Assembly: GCA_036785375.1 (NCBI GenBank)
Contig: JAWMAR010000541.1
Span: 558,001-622,000, forward strand
Length of the DNA: 64,000 bases
Source: Leucoraja ocellata
Taxonomy: Eukaryota
Reading direction: 5' to 3'
In this document: positions 60,422 through 64,000 of the stretch, in pieces
Layout: every line of letters starts with the position of its first letter
Numbering within the stretch: position 1 is the stretch's first letter
Position numbers and translations under genes: made by a program
Notes under the pieces: model-generated
Database searches by the model: none
What the model was told of the DNA's origin: nothing
The model's input: the letters and a program-made list of their open reading frames with translations, nothing else

Positions 60422-60463
60422 CCAATGAAGTGGTGCAGCTGTAGCTTGTCACCTGTTGCCGGG
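60422..60463 (-). promoter_or_regulatory. Candidate MHC class II X-Y regulatory module 1 (inverted)
   Basis: Minus strand CCCGGCAACAGGTG + 23 nt (starting ACA, giving the X2-like TGACA) + ATTGG; same spacing as HLA-DRA CCTAGCAACAGATG...CTGATTGG. Confidence 0.7.
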
Positions 60464-61975
60464 TAGGATCTGTTTTTGAAGTCTGGTTGGGACTAGGATA
60501 TGTAGAGATCATCTGTATCTGAGGGAATGGTAAATAGAGGTGAAGGATGGCAGCGAAAGGGGAACATAATAACGCACCTATTGTCTCTCCGCTGACTGGT
60601 TAGCACACAGTAAATGCTTTTCACTGTACCTTGATACACGTGGCAATAAACTAAACTCAAACTCAAAACCGTGCTGGAGGAAGTCAGTGGGTCAGGCAGC
60701 ATCTGTGGAGGGAATGGACAGATGACATTTCTGGTTGGGACCCTTCTTTCATTTCGTTTGTTGTGGGGGGTAGAAAGCTGGAAAAGACACATGAGGGCAG
60801 GACAAAGATGGGCAAGTGCTGGGTGGATACAGGTGGATTGATGGAGGGTTGGAGTGAGTGACAAAAGAATCTTCAAAACTGTGTCACGTCTCACGCCCTC
60901 ATGTCTCTGTATTTATCTCTGGCCTTTGTTCCAATCATCTATCCATCAAAACCCCCCTCGCCTGTGTCTACCTGCTGTGCTCTCTCCCCTTCTCCCCTCA
61001 ACTACAATCAGCCCAAAGTAGTGTATTGACTAGAAACATCATCGATCCATGTTCTCCAGTGTTGCTGTAACCTTGCTGCTTAACCTGCTGAGTTACTCCA
61101 GTACTTTATGTCCTTTTGTGCATTAACCAGCATCTGCAGTTCTTTTTTTCTAGGTTTCGACAAAAGTTGGAAGTTTAAAGACAAGAAGGCGCTAGATAAG
61201 GAGAGATATCTCCCAAGTTACCTTTTTTTTCTGTTAATATACTCGTAGAATCTGATAGGATTCTGCGATGACATATCTGCTAAAAATGTGTGTCCTCCTG
61301 AATTCTTTAAGTGCACTCCTATATTGCTTCTGCTCCTCAAGGGAATTGCTTGATCACAGCAATCTATCCCTGGCATATACCTCCTTCTGGATGTTGGAAA
61401 TCTGAACTAACGGAGAATGTTGGGAATGTCCAGCAGGTTAGGTGGCGACTGAGCTAATGTTACAATGGACGATTTACATCAGAACCTGTCAGTAACCGGC
61501 ACAAACTGGAACGGCTGGTTATCTGAAATTGAACCATGGTAGCTGAGGACAGAAGGTGGGGTGGTGGGGTATGAGATTGAACTGTGGGAAACTGGAATAG
61601 AGGGTTGTGGAGATTAGAAACAGCAGCAGATGATCCATATGGTGGCGTTGATATGAGGAAGGACAAGGATATAGTTATGGCGAATGGAGATTACACCAGG
61701 GATTTGCAGGGTTCTGATAAGTGGGAGTCAGGGGTGAGGACAACAGATACTGTGGTGATGATCCAGAGGGTGGGGGTGGGTGAGGAAGGGAAAGGAGGGA
61801 GGGGGAGCTGCGAGGGACCAGTGACCATCCCAGGCGCTGAGAGGGTTTCAAGATGTCAGAGAGCTTGTTCAGATTGCTCAGTGGGGGAGGGTTTGGCTGG
61901 GAAATCACCAACTCCAGGCAGTAGAGAAACAAAGTAAACCTCTCACGTCGCTGGCCCACAAACGAACAAAACTAG

Positions 61976-62017
61976 CCAATACAGCAGTGTGGTTACAGTT
62001 TGTCACGTGTTGCTGGG
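61976..62017 (-). promoter_or_regulatory. Candidate MHC class II X-Y regulatory module 2 (inverted)
   Basis: Minus strand CCCAGCAACACGTG + 23 nt + ATTGG; flanks homologous to module 1. Confidence 0.7.
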
Positions 62018-62229
62018 TAGGATTTATTTATGAAACCTTGTTTTGATAAAGATACAAGTCAAGTTTGTTTTAACCCCATATGTACTGACAATGGAGCAAT
62101 GGAATCCTTACTTCCTGCAGCTTTATCAGCCCATGAACGCAGCAACACAAATAAATGTACAATAGATTTATAATCTGTAATTACAAAACTGATCAAAGTG
62201 CAAAACTGTAGTCAGCAGTGGAACCAAAC

Positions 62230-63120
62230 ACAGTCCATGTTAGATCATCGTTGCTGAGGTAGGATTGTGGTTAGTGTGGTGCAATGTTTACAGGAAGAAG
62301 CTTCTTGCTCTTGAACATGGAGGGAATGATTCTCAACTTTCTTCCCAATGGTAGCAGTGAGATGAGAACATGGCAGGATGGTATCAGTCTTTGATGATAC
62401 TTGCTGCCTTTTTCAGGCTGTGCTACCTGAGGTTCAGTTTGATGGTTGGGGGAGGGATGAATATCCATGAAAGACCTGACAATGTCCGTCACTTTCTATA
62501 GTCTTTGTTCCTGGACATGCCCCTGTCAAAACGTTCTCAAAACCTGCACGGGCCAACTCACTGGAGATTTTGTGGACATCTGCAACCTCTCAATACTGAG
62601 GTCTAAGGTTCTCTCCTGTTTTAACAGGTCATTGATAATACCGGTGTCCAAGAAGAGTAAGGTGCATGTCTCAATGACACATGGCAATTATGGCAGTAAT
62701 GTCAATGGAGATGATGTGTTTTGAGAGGTTCGTTGTGGAACATATTCACTATCTCAACAAGAACCTGGACCCACTGGACCTGCTACAATAGATCAATGGG
62801 GGATGTAAACTGGCAACAACACTTCCTCCTCAATAATCATTAGATATCTCAGGAACACCTCAAGGCTGCATGCTGAGCCCCTGCCCTAATCACGTTATAT
62901 CCATGACTGAGTAGCAGAACACAGTTCCAACTCCATCTTTAAATTTGCTGACAACACCATCGTTGTTGGAGGAATTATTGGTAAAGATGAATCAGAGTAT
63001 AGGAGGGAGATCATTATCTGATTGAATGGTGACAGAACAACAATGTTGCTCTCAACACCAATAAGACCAAGGAGCTGATTGTTGACTTTAGAAGATGATG
63101 GACAAGGATCCACTAACCTG
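62230..63120. mobile_element. Degraded Rex1/Babar-like fragments in both orientations
   Basis: VLKTCTGQL..VDICNLSI; PQGCMLSP, KFADNTIVVG, KTKELIVDF remnants. Confidence 0.65.
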
Positions 63121-63407
63121 TCTTTTTTATCAAATAGTTGGAGGTGGACCCACGTAATAGTGATATTTCATGAATCAGGAATGGTTCCAGATGATTGTGA
63201 AATTGCCAATATTACTCAGTTGTACAAGTAGGGATCAAAGTAGAACAGTGGAAACTCTGGGCTGACCAGAGATGCTTCATTCCTTCCATTCCTTCCTTCT
63301 CTCCAGAGATGCTGCCTGACCCACTGAGTTACTCCAGCATTTTGTGTCTACCTTCGATTTATACCAGCATCTGCACAGTGGAAACTATAGGCTGGTTAGT
63401 CTGACTC

Positions 63408-63724
63408 AGGGTAAGTGGCTAAGGCTAGAGATGAAAAGGAAGAAAAAGAGTATCAGATGAGGGGAGGAAAGCAGTGAAATATAAAACCGAAAGGAGGGAT
63501 AAGGTGGAAACGCCAAGGACAGGTTCTGTCCACCAGGTGTGTCCGGATGTCGTGGTGGAGGTGGGAGCATCCCGTGCTGGAGGTGAGAGAACACAGAACA
63601 TGTGTTCTCCTCGTCCTTGGCGTTTCCACCATATCCCTCCTTTCGGTTTTATATTTCACTGCTTTCCTCCCCTCATCTGATACTCGTTTTCTTCCTTTTC
63701 ATCTCTAGCCTTAGTCACTTACCC
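63408..63724. repeat. Inverted repeat, ~113-bp arms with ~90-bp spacer
   Basis: 63408-63520 is the near-perfect reverse complement of 63613-63724. Confidence 0.9.
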
Positions 63725-63779
63725 CAACCATCTCCATCTGCCCATCATCTGCCAGGCTTTGTTCCACTCCCACCTTTTA

Positions 63780-64000
63780 TACTCAGTGCCACGACTGAAG
63801 ATGTCAACCATTCCCCTTCACATTCCTATACTGAGCTAACTGTTGTGGGCCTTCTCCATTGCCAGAGTGAGGCCACACATAAACTAGAGGAACAGCATGT
63901 CATAATCTGCTCGGGCAGCTTAGAACTCAATAGTATAAAGGTTGAATATTAACTAACCTCTAACATCCCCACATCCACTTTCTACTCTCCACCCCCCGCC
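63780..64000 (+). mobile_element. Penelope-like GIY-YIG C-terminal fragment
   Basis: HSPSHSYTELTVVGLLHCQSEATHKLEEQHVI matches the C-terminus of ORF 23657-24766. Confidence 0.75.

Overview
Vertebrate genomic DNA, very probably from a cartilaginous fish (skate/ray-like, inferred from the repeat families and the shark-type class II peptide sequences), covering part of an MHC class II region. On the + strand it holds the 3' end of a class II alpha gene (TM/cytoplasmic exon 1284-1431, probable 3'UTR exon ~16658-16800). A complete six-exon class II beta gene follows in the same orientation (ATG 26237, stop 52098). As assembled, the beta gene has frameshifts in exons 2, 3 and 4, clustered around two N gaps; these are either consensus errors or recent pseudogenisation. 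Most of the rest is nested transposable elements: two near full-length CR1 LINEs with esterase ORF1, many CR1/L1/L2/Rex-Babar fragments, Neptune-type Penelope elements, tRNA-derived SINEs, MITEs, a Helitron and several minisatellites. Two things stand out. (1) The beta proximal promoter is a 25-bp tandem array carrying eight inverted CCAAT (Y-box) motifs plus a TATA box and has no recognisable X box, while two duplicated, inverted X-Y modules with DRA-like spacing lie 8-10 kb downstream. (2) Penelope-derived short elements carry minimal hammerhead-ribozyme cores, including a TSD-flanked hairpin element.
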